Assembly: GCA_046290465.1 (NCBI GenBank)
Contig: JBKAGP010000001.1
Location: 1,056,001 to 1,120,000 of the forward strand
Reading direction: 5' to 3'
DNA: 64,000 nt
DNA from: Planctomycetota bacterium
GTDB taxonomy: Bacteria; Planctomycetota; UBA1135; UBA2386
This document shows, piece by piece, positions 56,096-64,000 of this stretch. Positions within the stretch are counted from its first letter, which is position 1. Every line of letters begins with the position of its first letter. The position numbers were made by a program, and so were the translations under genes. The notes beneath the pieces were generated by a model. It made no database searches and was not told where the DNA came from. It saw only the letters and a list, made by a program, of their open reading frames with translations.

Positions 56096-57529
56096 GTGGT
56101 CTTCAGCTCGGTCGTGTTCCTGTTCGCGTTCCTGCCGGTGTTCCTGGCCGGCTACTACGCGACCCCGGACCGCTTCAAGAACGGCTGGGCGCTGCTCGGC
56201 AGCGCAGCGTTCTACGCCTATGGCGCGCCGATCTTCGTCTACCTGCTGGTCGGTAGTGCGGCCGTCGACTGGTGGCTCAGCCATCGCATCACCCAAAGCC
56301 GCACGCCGCGCGGCCGCCGCCTGTGGCTGTGGCTGAGCCTGCTGCAGAACCTGGGCCTGCTCGGCTACTTCAAGTACGCGAACTTCTTCGTCGCGCAGGC
56401 CAACCGGGCGCTCGTCGAACTCGGCGCCGAGCCGATGCCGTGGGTCGACGTCGCGCTGCCGATCGGCATCAGCTTCTTCGTGTTCCAGAAGATCAGCTAC
56501 ACGGCCGACGTCTACCGGGGCACCAGCGAACCGGCACGCAACCTGCTCGACTGCGTGCTCTACGTGGCGCTGTTCCCGCAACTGATCGCCGGGCCGATCG
56601 TGCGCTACCACGACATCGATCGGCAACTGCGCCATCGCGCCCACTCCGCCGAGCGCTTCTGGAGCGGCGTCGAACGGTTCACGCTCGGCCTGTTCAAGAA
56701 GGCGGTGATCGCCAACGGCATGGCCGCGCTCGCCGATCCCGTCTACGGCCAGCCGCTGGCCGCGGTCGCGACCGAGCACGCCTGGATCGCGATCACCGCG
56801 TACTACTTCCAGATCTACTTCGACTTCTCCGGCTACTCCGACATGGCGATCGGACTCGGCCGCATGATGGGCTTCACGTTCCTCGAGAACTTCGACCGGC
56901 CGTACCTCGCGCGCACGTTCACCGAGTTCTGGCGGCGCTGGCACATCTCGCTGTCGAACTTCATGCGCGAGTACGTCTACATCCCGCTCGGCGGCAACCG
57001 CCGCAGCCCGGCGCGCGCCTACGCCAACCTGTGGATCGTGTTCCTGCTGTCGGGGCTGTGGCACGGCGCCGACTGGACGTTCGTGATCTGGGGTGCGTGG
57101 CAGGGCGTGTTCCTGACGCTCGACAAGCTGTTCCTGCTGCGCCTTGCCGAGCGCGTCCCGGACCTGCTGCTGCGGCTGGTGATGGTACCGGCGGTGATGC
57201 TGTCGTGGGTCGTGTTCCGCGCCGACGACCTGCCGCACGCGCTCGGCATGTTGGCGCGGCTGTTCGGCGGCGGACCGATCGCCGCCGACTCGCCGCTGAG
57301 CCACGAGCTGCCGTGGGACAACACGAGCAGGTTCCTGCTGCTGCTGGCGGCGGTGCTGTGCTTCTTGCCGTGGTCGCGGCGCTACCGCGAGGGCGAACGT
57401 CGCGTCGACGCGTGGTCGCGCGGGCCCGGCCAATGGGCGCGGCTGCTGGTGGTCTGGGCGGGCCTGCTGGTGGCGCTGTTGGCGGTGACCGGATCGCAGC
57501 ACAATCCGTTCATCTACTTCCGGTTCTGA
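56096..57529 (+). CDS. AlgI/PatA-like MBOAT O-acyltransferase
   Basis: VFSS..FLF.FLP, LPIGISF, FPQLIAGPI, YFDFSGYSDMAIG, FWRRWHISLS, GLWHGA and FIYFRF motifs. Confidence 0.93.
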   Translation: MVFSSVVFLFAFLPVFLAGYYATPDRFKNGWALLGSAAFYAYGAPIFVYLLVGSAAVDWWLSHRITQSRTPRGRRLWLWLSLLQNLGLLGYFKYANFFVAQANRALVELGAEPMPWVDVALPIGISFFVFQKISYTADVYRGTSEPARNLLDCVLYVALFPQLIAGPIVRYHDIDRQLRHRAHSAERFWSGVERFTLGLFKKAVIANGMAALADPVYGQPLAAVATEHAWIAITAYYFQIYFDFSGYSDMAIGLGRMMGFTFLENFDRPYLARTFTEFWRRWHISLSNFMREYVYIPLGGNRRSPARAYANLWIVFLLSGLWHGADWTFVIWGAWQGVFLTLDKLFLLRLAERVPDLLLRLVMVPAVMLSWVVFRADDLPHALGMLARLFGGGPIAADSPLSHELPWDNTSRFLLLLAAVLCFLPWSRRYREGERRVDAWSRGPGQWARLLVVWAGLLVALLAVTGSQHNPFIYFRF

Positions 57530-57649
57530 GCTGGGCTTGCCGACGACGTCGGCGCACGCCGCTTCCCCGACCGCTCGCTTGCACGCCGAGGCAGACCTCG
57601 GGTACCGTCCGCCGCCCTCACCCGCCACCACCGCCTCGCCCCCAACACC

Positions 57650-58324
57650 ATGAGCGACAAGAAGCCCGGACTGCTGTCCCTGGCCCTGATCCCCGCCGTC
57701 CTGACCCTCGGTGTCTCCATCCTCCGCCTGGTCGGCGAACTGCAGGGATGGGATCCGCTGTGGTTCGACAACCACGCACCGCAGCACGAGGACCAGCAGC
57801 TCGGCCTGGTCGGGATCTCGTGGCTGGTGCCGATCTTCGGCCTCTACTTCGGCGTGCGCCTGCGACGACTGCACGGCCAGCCGGCCCGACCCGGCAAGGC
57901 GGCGCTGCTGCTGCTGATCGGCGGCGTGGTGATGGCGGGCGGCTTCTTCGCGCTGATCCAGGCGGGCCTGATCAGCATGCCCGATGCCGACAACCCGCAG
58001 CCGCCGTCAGGCCTGCCGTACATCCTCGGCGTGACCGGCGTGTCGCTGTTGATCATGCTGATCGGCGCCGGCCGCCTGGCGATGCTGCTGCTCGTCTACG
58101 GCCTGCTCGCGCGTCTGCCGGTGGTCGCGATCACGTGGTTCGCGGTGCAGAACCCAGACTGGGACGTTCACCACTCCAAGCTGCCGGTCGGCGTGGTGCT
58201 GCCGGAGGGCGCGTCGCCGCTGCCGTTCTTGATCACGCCGCAGCTGACGGTCTGGATCGCGTTCACGATGATGGTCGGCGGCCTGTTCGGCTGCCTCGGC
58301 GCCACCATGAGCAAGAGCAAGTAG
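57650..58324 (+). CDS. Hypothetical multi-pass membrane protein
   Basis: About 6 hydrophobic segments. Confidence 0.75.
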   Translation: MSDKKPGLLSLALIPAVLTLGVSILRLVGELQGWDPLWFDNHAPQHEDQQLGLVGISWLVPIFGLYFGVRLRRLHGQPARPGKAALLLLIGGVVMAGGFFALIQAGLISMPDADNPQPPSGLPYILGVTGVSLLIMLIGAGRLAMLLLVYGLLARLPVVAITWFAVQNPDWDVHHSKLPVGVVLPEGASPLPFLITPQLTVWIAFTMMVGGLFGCLGATMSKSK

Positions 58325-58328
58325 CCAG

Positions 58329-59624
58329 ATGCTGCGCCGCGCCGTCGTGCTGTCGCTGGCCTGGCTGGCCTCGCCTTCGTTCCTGCCTGGGCAGACCGAC
58401 CTCCCTGGGCAAGCTGACCTCCCCGCGAAGGGCGCGCCGGCCGCCGCGACCCGGGAAGGGCAACCAGACCCGCGCCGCGAGGAACTGCGCCAGAGGCTCG
58501 CCGCGTTCTGCGAGCGCACCGGGACGCCTGGCGCGACCGCCGCGGTGGCGCTGCCCGACGGCCGCGTGTTCGCGGTCGCCGCCGGCGTGCGCGAGTCCGG
58601 TCGGGATCCGGTGATGCAGCAGGACGACCGGATGTTTTGCGGCAGCATCGGCAAGACCTGGTTTGCCGAGGTCGCGCTCGACCTGGTCGCGGCCGACAAG
58701 CTGTCGCTCGACGATGCGATCGCCGACCACCTCGGCGACGAGCCGTGGTTCGCACGCCTGCCCAACCACGAGGCCATCACCGTGCGCAACCTGATGCGTC
58801 ACGACAGCGGGCTGCCGCGATGGATCGAGATGCCGGGCGCGCTCGCCGAGATGGCGAAGCCCGACCGCCGGTGGCGCAACGGCGAACAGGTGTCGTTCGT
58901 GCTCGACAAGCCGCCGGTGCACCCGGCGGGCCAGGGTTGGGCCTACTCCGACACCAACTACATCGTGCTCGGCCTGATCGTCGAGAAGGTCACCGGCGAG
59001 CCGATCTACGCCACCGTGCAGAAGACCGTGCTGGACCGGTACGAGCTGCGCGACACCGTGCCCGGCAACCGGCGCAGCATCGACCGGCTGGTGCAGGGCC
59101 ACGCGCGCATGTTCCACCGCTTCGGGTTTCCGGAGCGTTCGCTCGACGTCAGCCGGCAGCCCGCCCGGCTGCGCTTCGACCCGTCGTCGGAATGGTGCGG
59201 CGGCGGCATCGTCACGACCGCTGGCGACCTCGCCCGCTGGGCACGGATCTTCGGCCGTCAGCCGCGCCGGAACCGCGATGGCGTCCGCGCCAAGGCGCTC
59301 GGCGGCGACACCCGCTACGGCCTCGGCGTGATGCTGCGCGACGGCGCGCTCGGTCCGACGCGCGGACACGACGGCGTGTTCATCGGCTACAGCGCCACGA
59401 TGGTGTGGTTCGAGCGGCACGACCTCGGCATCGCCGTGCTGTGCAACTGCGACACGGCCGGCGCCGGTCTGCAGCCGCTGGCGCTCGAGTTGGCCAAGGT
59501 GGCGTTGGGCGGTGGGACGTCGGGCAGCGGGTCCCCAGAAAGTGGGTCGACTGGCAGCGGGTCGACTGGCAGCGGGTCGACTGGCGGCCGATCGACTGGC
59601 AACGAAGCGCGGACCGGCAAGTGA
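58329..59624 (+). CDS. Exported serine hydrolase (class C beta-lactamase/D-Ala-D-Ala carboxypeptidase-like)
   Basis: SIGK, H.SG, YSDTNY and GHDG motifs. GSGST repeat tail. Confidence 0.88.
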   Translation: MLRRAVVLSLAWLASPSFLPGQTDLPGQADLPAKGAPAAATREGQPDPRREELRQRLAAFCERTGTPGATAAVALPDGRVFAVAAGVRESGRDPVMQQDDRMFCGSIGKTWFAEVALDLVAADKLSLDDAIADHLGDEPWFARLPNHEAITVRNLMRHDSGLPRWIEMPGALAEMAKPDRRWRNGEQVSFVLDKPPVHPAGQGWAYSDTNYIVLGLIVEKVTGEPIYATVQKTVLDRYELRDTVPGNRRSIDRLVQGHARMFHRFGFPERSLDVSRQPARLRFDPSSEWCGGGIVTTAGDLARWARIFGRQPRRNRDGVRAKALGGDTRYGLGVMLRDGALGPTRGHDGVFIGYSATMVWFERHDLGIAVLCNCDTAGAGLQPLALELAKVALGGGTSGSGSPESGSTGSGSTGSGSTGGRSTGNEARTGK

Positions 59625-59637
59625 CGCCTGGCGCCGC

Positions 59638-60066
59638 TCAGGCCGAGCGCGGTCGGTGGGCCTTGGTCCAGTACGCGACCACGACCTCGAGCATGGCCTG
59701 CATCTCGTCCCACGTGACCGGCTTGACGAAGTACCCCGCCGCCCCGGCCGCGTAGCAGGCGCGGCAGTCGTCGTCCGAGGCCGAACTGGTCAGCACGACC
59801 GTTGGCGGCACCTGCCGGCCCTCGACCGTGCGCAGTTCGCGCAGCAGGTCGAGCCCGGAGCGACCGGGCATGTCGAGGTCGAGCAGGATGAAGTCCGGCG
59901 GCTCGGCCCCGGCGATCCTGGCCAGGGCCTCGTCGACGGAGTGCACGTCCAGCACCGAACCGGTGAACCCGACCGACTGCAGGCCGCGCCGGACCGCGAC
60001 CACGTCGACCGGCTCGTCCTCGACGATGAGGACACGGGGGGCGACAACCTCGGGGCTCTCGTTCAT
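59638..60066 (-). CDS. Rcp1-like single-domain response regulator
   Basis: VEDE..D, PD.ILLDL.MP, VVLTSS...D...CY..GA.GY.VKP motifs. ATGA overlap with the kinase. Confidence 0.9.
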   Translation of the reverse strand: MNESPEVVAPRVLIVEDEPVDVVAVRRGLQSVGFTGSVLDVHSVDEALARIAGAEPPDFILLDLDMPGRSGLDLLRELRTVEGRQVPPTVVLTSSASDDDCRACYAAGAAGYFVKPVTWDEMQAMLEVVVAYWTKAHRPRSA

Positions 60067-61943
60067 GACCGTTCGCTTCGGCGGATGGTGAAGCTGAACC
60101 TGCACCCCTCGCCGGGCACCGACGCCAGGCGACAGACGCCTCCGTGGCGCTCCACCAACAACCGCACGATCGCCAATCCTACTCCGGTCGAATCCCCGGT
60201 GGAACCGGGCGCACGCTTGAACATCCGGAATACCTGCTCGTGGAAATGCGGGTCGATGCCGGGGCCGTTGTCGACGACGGCGACCTCGTACTCGTCGGCG
60301 CGCGCCTCGACCTCGACGCGGACCCGCGCGTCGTCGCCCCCACCGTGCTCGATCGCGTTGCCGATCAAGTTCATCAGGATCTTGACGAGGTGGTTGCGGT
60401 CGTAGACCACCATCGGGAGGTCGCCCGGGACCTGCAGCACCCCGTCGGCGACGTCGAGCAGGCCGCGAACCTCCGCCAGCGCCTCGGCCAGCGCCACCGG
60501 CTCCGACGTGCCCTCGTCACGATCCTCGCGCGCATAGGCGAGCGCGCCGCCGATCATGTCGTGCATCTTGCGGGTGCGGGCGCGCATCGTCGCGAGGTGC
60601 TCGCGCGACGTTTCCGGCAGCTCGTCGCCGAGGTCCTGCTCCAGCCACTCGGACACCATCGAGATCGTGCGCAGCGGCGCCTTCAGGTCGTGCGACACCA
60701 GGTAGGTGAACTCGTCGAGAGCGCGGTTGCGGGCCTCGAGCTGGTCGGCGTACTGGCGCAGCCGCAGCTCGGCGTCGCGGCGCTCGGTGTTGTCGGTGAC
60801 CGTGATGATGACGCCGCGCTCGCCGCCGAACCGGACCGGGTTGAGCCGGATCTCGACCGGCACCTCGCTGCCGTCGCGGCGCACCGCCGTCAGGTCGCGA
60901 GACGGCGCCATCTGCCGCACGCTCGACGCCGCGAAGTACTCGTCGCGCAGGTCCGCGTGCCGTCGGCGCAGCGGTTCGGGCACGAACCGGTCGACGTGCT
61001 GGCCGACCAGCTCCCCGTGCGCGTAGCCGAACAGGTCGGCCGCGTTCTGGTTGGCGAGGCGCACGTGGCCGGACTCGTCGACGACCATCATGCCCGACGG
61101 CGCCGACTCGACCGCGTGCTGGAACAACGCTTCGGACTCGGCCTGTTCGGATACGTCCATGACCACGCCGGTCATGCGGGTCGCGCGCCCCTGCTCGTCG
61201 CGGATCAGCGAGCAGCGCGACAGCGTGTGGCGCACGCTGCCGTCCGGCCGCTGGATGCGGAACCGCATCATCTGGGTGTCGGCCGAATCCATCGCCGCGG
61301 CGAGTTCGTCGCGCACCCGTTCGCGGTCGTCGACGTGCAGCCGTTCGAAGAACGCCGCGGAGGTCTCGGGTCGCTGGTCCGGCGACAGACCGAACAGCTC
61401 GCGGGTGCGCTCGTCCCAGGTCACCTCGTCCGGATCGAGACGCCAGTCCCACAGGCCGGCCCCGGACGCCTCGACGGCCAGCTGCAGCCGCGCACGCTCC
61501 TGTTCGAGTTCTTCGATCCGCTGCGAGCGGAGCTTGTGCTGCTCCTCGAGGTCGCTCAGCGCCTGACGGAAGCTCGGCAGCCGAACGGCACGCGACACGT
61601 AGCTGACCATCGCGACCATCGTCGCCAGCGAGATGATCGCGGTGACGACCTTTGCGAGTCCCGACAATCGATAGACCGGCCAGTAGAAGATGCCCGCCTC
61701 GATCAGGTGGGTGAAGCCGCACGACGCGATGAAGCAGATGAACAGCCAGAACACCCGCGGGAACGGCACGTCGCGCCGACGCAGCACGATGACCCCGAGA
61801 CCCAGGGGAATCCCCATGTACGACAGCCAGATCGTCAGGTCGGCGAGGATGTGCAGCCAACCCAGGAAGTCACTCCAGTTGCCGCAGTGCCAACGTGCCG
61901 GGAAGTCGTCAGTGTCGAACAGCTTCCAGAAGAACTCACCCAT
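60063..61943 (-). CDS. Histidine kinase: ETR1-like TM sensor, 2 PAS, HisKA/HATPase
   Basis: AD...SYMGIP and FIASCGFTH. H-box SHDLKAPLR. NAI, DNGPGI and G.GL motifs. Confidence 0.92.
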   Translation of the reverse strand: MGEFFWKLFDTDDFPARWHCGNWSDFLGWLHILADLTIWLSYMGIPLGLGVIVLRRRDVPFPRVFWLFICFIASCGFTHLIEAGIFYWPVYRLSGLAKVVTAIISLATMVAMVSYVSRAVRLPSFRQALSDLEEQHKLRSQRIEELEQERARLQLAVEASGAGLWDWRLDPDEVTWDERTRELFGLSPDQRPETSAAFFERLHVDDRERVRDELAAAMDSADTQMMRFRIQRPDGSVRHTLSRCSLIRDEQGRATRMTGVVMDVSEQAESEALFQHAVESAPSGMMVVDESGHVRLANQNAADLFGYAHGELVGQHVDRFVPEPLRRRHADLRDEYFAASSVRQMAPSRDLTAVRRDGSEVPVEIRLNPVRFGGERGVIITVTDNTERRDAELRLRQYADQLEARNRALDEFTYLVSHDLKAPLRTISMVSEWLEQDLGDELPETSREHLATMRARTRKMHDMIGGALAYAREDRDEGTSEPVALAEALAEVRGLLDVADGVLQVPGDLPMVVYDRNHLVKILMNLIGNAIEHGGGDDARVRVEVEARADEYEVAVVDNGPGIDPHFHEQVFRMFKRAPGSTGDSTGVGLAIVRLLVERHGGVCRLASVPGEGCRFSFTIRRSERS

Positions 61944-62055
61944 GGCACCTCTCCGCGCGGCTTCGCATTTGGGCCCCGTAGCCAGCGCTACTGCGTAAGG
62001 CTAGCATTCCGGAACGTCGGCGCCACTACGCGCCGCGGACACCCCAGGGGTCAAC

Positions 62056-64000
62056 ATGATCAACGACAACCGGCCCGAACGGGACGGCAGGGAGATGGAG
62101 AACTCCCCCGCGCCCGGTCGGTCCAACCGAGCCGCGCCGGGCACGGACGGCGCCGGCGAAGGATCCGTGCCGGGTTCCGGGCACGGAACGGGCGAGGGCA
62201 CCAACGGGCCGGTTGCGGACGGCGCTCCGTCGCCTCAGGGCGAACCGGGCGAACAACGCCCCAGAGGCGCACCCGATTTCGTCGTCGGCATCGGCGCATC
62301 GGCCGGCGGCCTGACGTCGATCGAATCGTTCTTCCACCAGGTCCCGGCCAACGGCCGCACCGCCTACGTGCTGGTGCAGCACCTGTCGCCGGACCACCGC
62401 AGCCTGATGGCCGAAATCATGGTCAAGCACACCTCGCTGCAGGTCGTGCCGGCCGATCAGGACATGCGGCTGCAGGCCGACACGCTCTACCTGATCCCAC
62501 CCAACAAGGTCCTGCGTGTGCAGGACGGCGCGATCGAACTGCACGACCGCAACGCGCACCAACTGCACTTCCCGATCGACGTGTTCTTCCGTTCGCTGGC
62601 GGAGAACTACGGCAACCGGGGCATCGCGGTGGTCCTCTCGGGCACCGGCTCGGACGGAACCAACGGCATCCGCGACGTCAAGCAGGCGGGCGGCACGGTC
62701 CTGGTTCAGGACGACACCGCCCAGTTCGACGGCATGCCGCGCAGCGCCATCAGCACCGGCCTCGCCGACTTCATCCTGCCACCGGAGGGCATTGCCGCGA
62801 AGATCCTCGACATCACCCGGCAGGAACTCGACGGCCTTCCGACCCAGCAGATCCGCTGGTCCGACGCCGCGCTCAAGTCGATCCTCGCGACCATCCGCCA
62901 CGTCACCGAGACCGACTTCCGCGGGTATCGCGACAAGACGATGCGTCGCCGCATCGAGAAGCGCATGTGGCTGCGCCAGGTCCACGACGCCGATGTCTAC
63001 GCACAGATTCTGAGCGAGGACCGCGAGGAGGTGAAGCGGCTCTCGCGCGAGCTGTTGATCGGCGTCACCAGCATGTTCCGCGACCCCGAAGCGTTCGACG
63101 CGGTTCGCGAGCACGTGCTGCCCCAGCTCCTCAAGGACCAGGCGACCGTGCGGATCTGGGTCGTCGGCTGCTCCACCGGCGAGGAGGCCTACTCGCTCGG
63201 CATCCTGATCGACGAGTACATGCGCGAGCACAAGATCACGGCAACCTACCGGATCTTTGCGACCGACATCGACGACCGCGCCATCCAGCAGGCCGGCCTC
63301 GGCGTGCTCGGCAGGCAGTCGGTCCAGGAGATGAGTGAAAGCCTGCTCGACCGCTACTTCTCGCGCGAGGGCGACAACTACCGCATCGCGCCCAGGATTC
63401 GCGAACGGATCGTGTTCGCCAAGCACGACGTCATCAAGGACCCGCCGTTCACCAAGGTCGACATGGTGTCGTGCCGCAACATGCTGATCTACCAGATCGC
63501 CGAGCTGCAGGCGCGGACGATCGGCGTGATGCAGTTCGCGCTGCGCGAACACGGCTTCCTGTGGCTCGGCCCGTCCGAGGCGCTCGCCGGCCGGGAGCAC
63601 GGCTTCGTGACACTCGACAAGCGCTGGCGGCTGTTCCGGCGCAGCGAGCAGAGTTCGACACACCAGCCGCACCGGCGTCCCGAGAGCTCGTCGATCTCGG
63701 CCCGGCGGTCGTTGGTCGAGCGCCAGGTCCACCGCCAGGAGGCCCTGCTGCTCGGTCGCGTGTGTAGCGCCCTGGTCGGTGGCGAGGGCCAGGTCGCGCT
63801 GGTCGTCAGCGAGACCGACACGATCCTCTACCAGTTCGGCGACACCGCATCCTACTCGGCGATCCCGGAGGGACGGCCGACGCAGACGCTGACCAGGGCC
63901 CTGATCCAGCCGATCGGCAACTACCTCGCCGGCCTGGTCCGTCGATCCCGCCGGGAGGGACTGCCGACGCTCACGGGTCGCACCGTAATCGACCGCGACG
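62056..64000 (+). CDS. CheB-CheR fusion protein, 3'-truncated by the window end
   Basis: Absent from the ORF track because the frame has no stop. Frame from ATG 62056 or 62095 reads VVGIGASAGG, VQHL, LSGTGSDG, IGVTSMFRD, GCSTGEEAYS, ATDID and SCRNMLIY. Confidence 0.9.
   Translation, partial: MINDNRPERDGREMENSPAPGRSNRAAPGTDGAGEGSVPGSGHGTGEGTNGPVADGAPSPQGEPGEQRPRGAPDFVVGIGASAGGLTSIESFFHQVPANGRTAYVLVQHLSPDHRSLMAEIMVKHTSLQVVPADQDMRLQADTLYLIPPNKVLRVQDGAIELHDRNAHQLHFPIDVFFRSLAENYGNRGIAVVLSGTGSDGTNGIRDVKQAGGTVLVQDDTAQFDGMPRSAISTGLADFILPPEGIAAKILDITRQELDGLPTQQIRWSDAALKSILATIRHVTETDFRGYRDKTMRRRIEKRMWLRQVHDADVYAQILSEDREEVKRLSRELLIGVTSMFRDPEAFDAVREHVLPQLLKDQATVRIWVVGCSTGEEAYSLGILIDEYMREHKITATYRIFATDIDDRAIQQAGLGVLGRQSVQEMSESLLDRYFSREGDNYRIAPRIRERIVFAKHDVIKDPPFTKVDMVSCRNMLIYQIAELQARTIGVMQFALREHGFLWLGPSEALAGREHGFVTLDKRWRLFRRSEQSSTHQPHRRPESSSISARRSLVERQVHRQEALLLGRVCSALVGGEGQVALVVSETDTILYQFGDTASYSAIPEGRPTQTLTRALIQPIGNYLAGLVRRSRREGLPTLTGRTVIDRD

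Noticed and set aside
59544..59600. 15-bp tandem repeat gggtcgactggcagc
   Set aside because: In-frame low-complexity GSGST tail of the serine hydrolase, most likely neutral.
62056..64000. Chemotaxis operon
   Set aside because: Only a CheB-CheR fusion is visible. No MCP, CheA or CheW is in the window, and such fusions commonly occur outside chemotaxis clusters.

Overview
GC-rich bacterial DNA with about 50 protein genes. I found no rRNA, tRNA, CRISPR array or transposase. The gene content (many ECF sigma factors, one with a membrane-anchored C-terminal extension, a Hanks kinase-ECF pair, an FGE-sulfatase and a carboxypeptidase-regulatory-like protein) suggests an uncultured Planctomycetota genome; this is inference. 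Main observations: (1) a compact operon without signal peptides encoding a non-specific endonuclease, a subtilisin S8 protease and a stand-alone propeptide-like protein (12074-14899), with an ECF-like promoter and a tandem palindromic repeat, which is a candidate defence or death module; (2) seven otherwise mostly unrelated proteins that share a C-terminal domain with a co-varying Cys pair, a candidate sorting or secretion signal, alongside a strong Gln-at-+1 signal-peptide bias; (3) an operon of ECF sigma, dockerin-like anti-sigma, cohesin-like protein and VIT-vWA protein; (4) recurring sigma54 -24/-12 motifs in front of stress-type and lipid genes, one of which may drive a terminated sRNA; (5) two histidine kinases with an intact ETR1-type ethylene-binding domain, one next to a GH3 gene; (6) a beta-lactamase-fold protein with degenerate catalytic motifs; (7) an 87-bp CTAG-bounded dispersed repeat sitting at stop codons. 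All family assignments come from motif recognition by eye, not from database searches.
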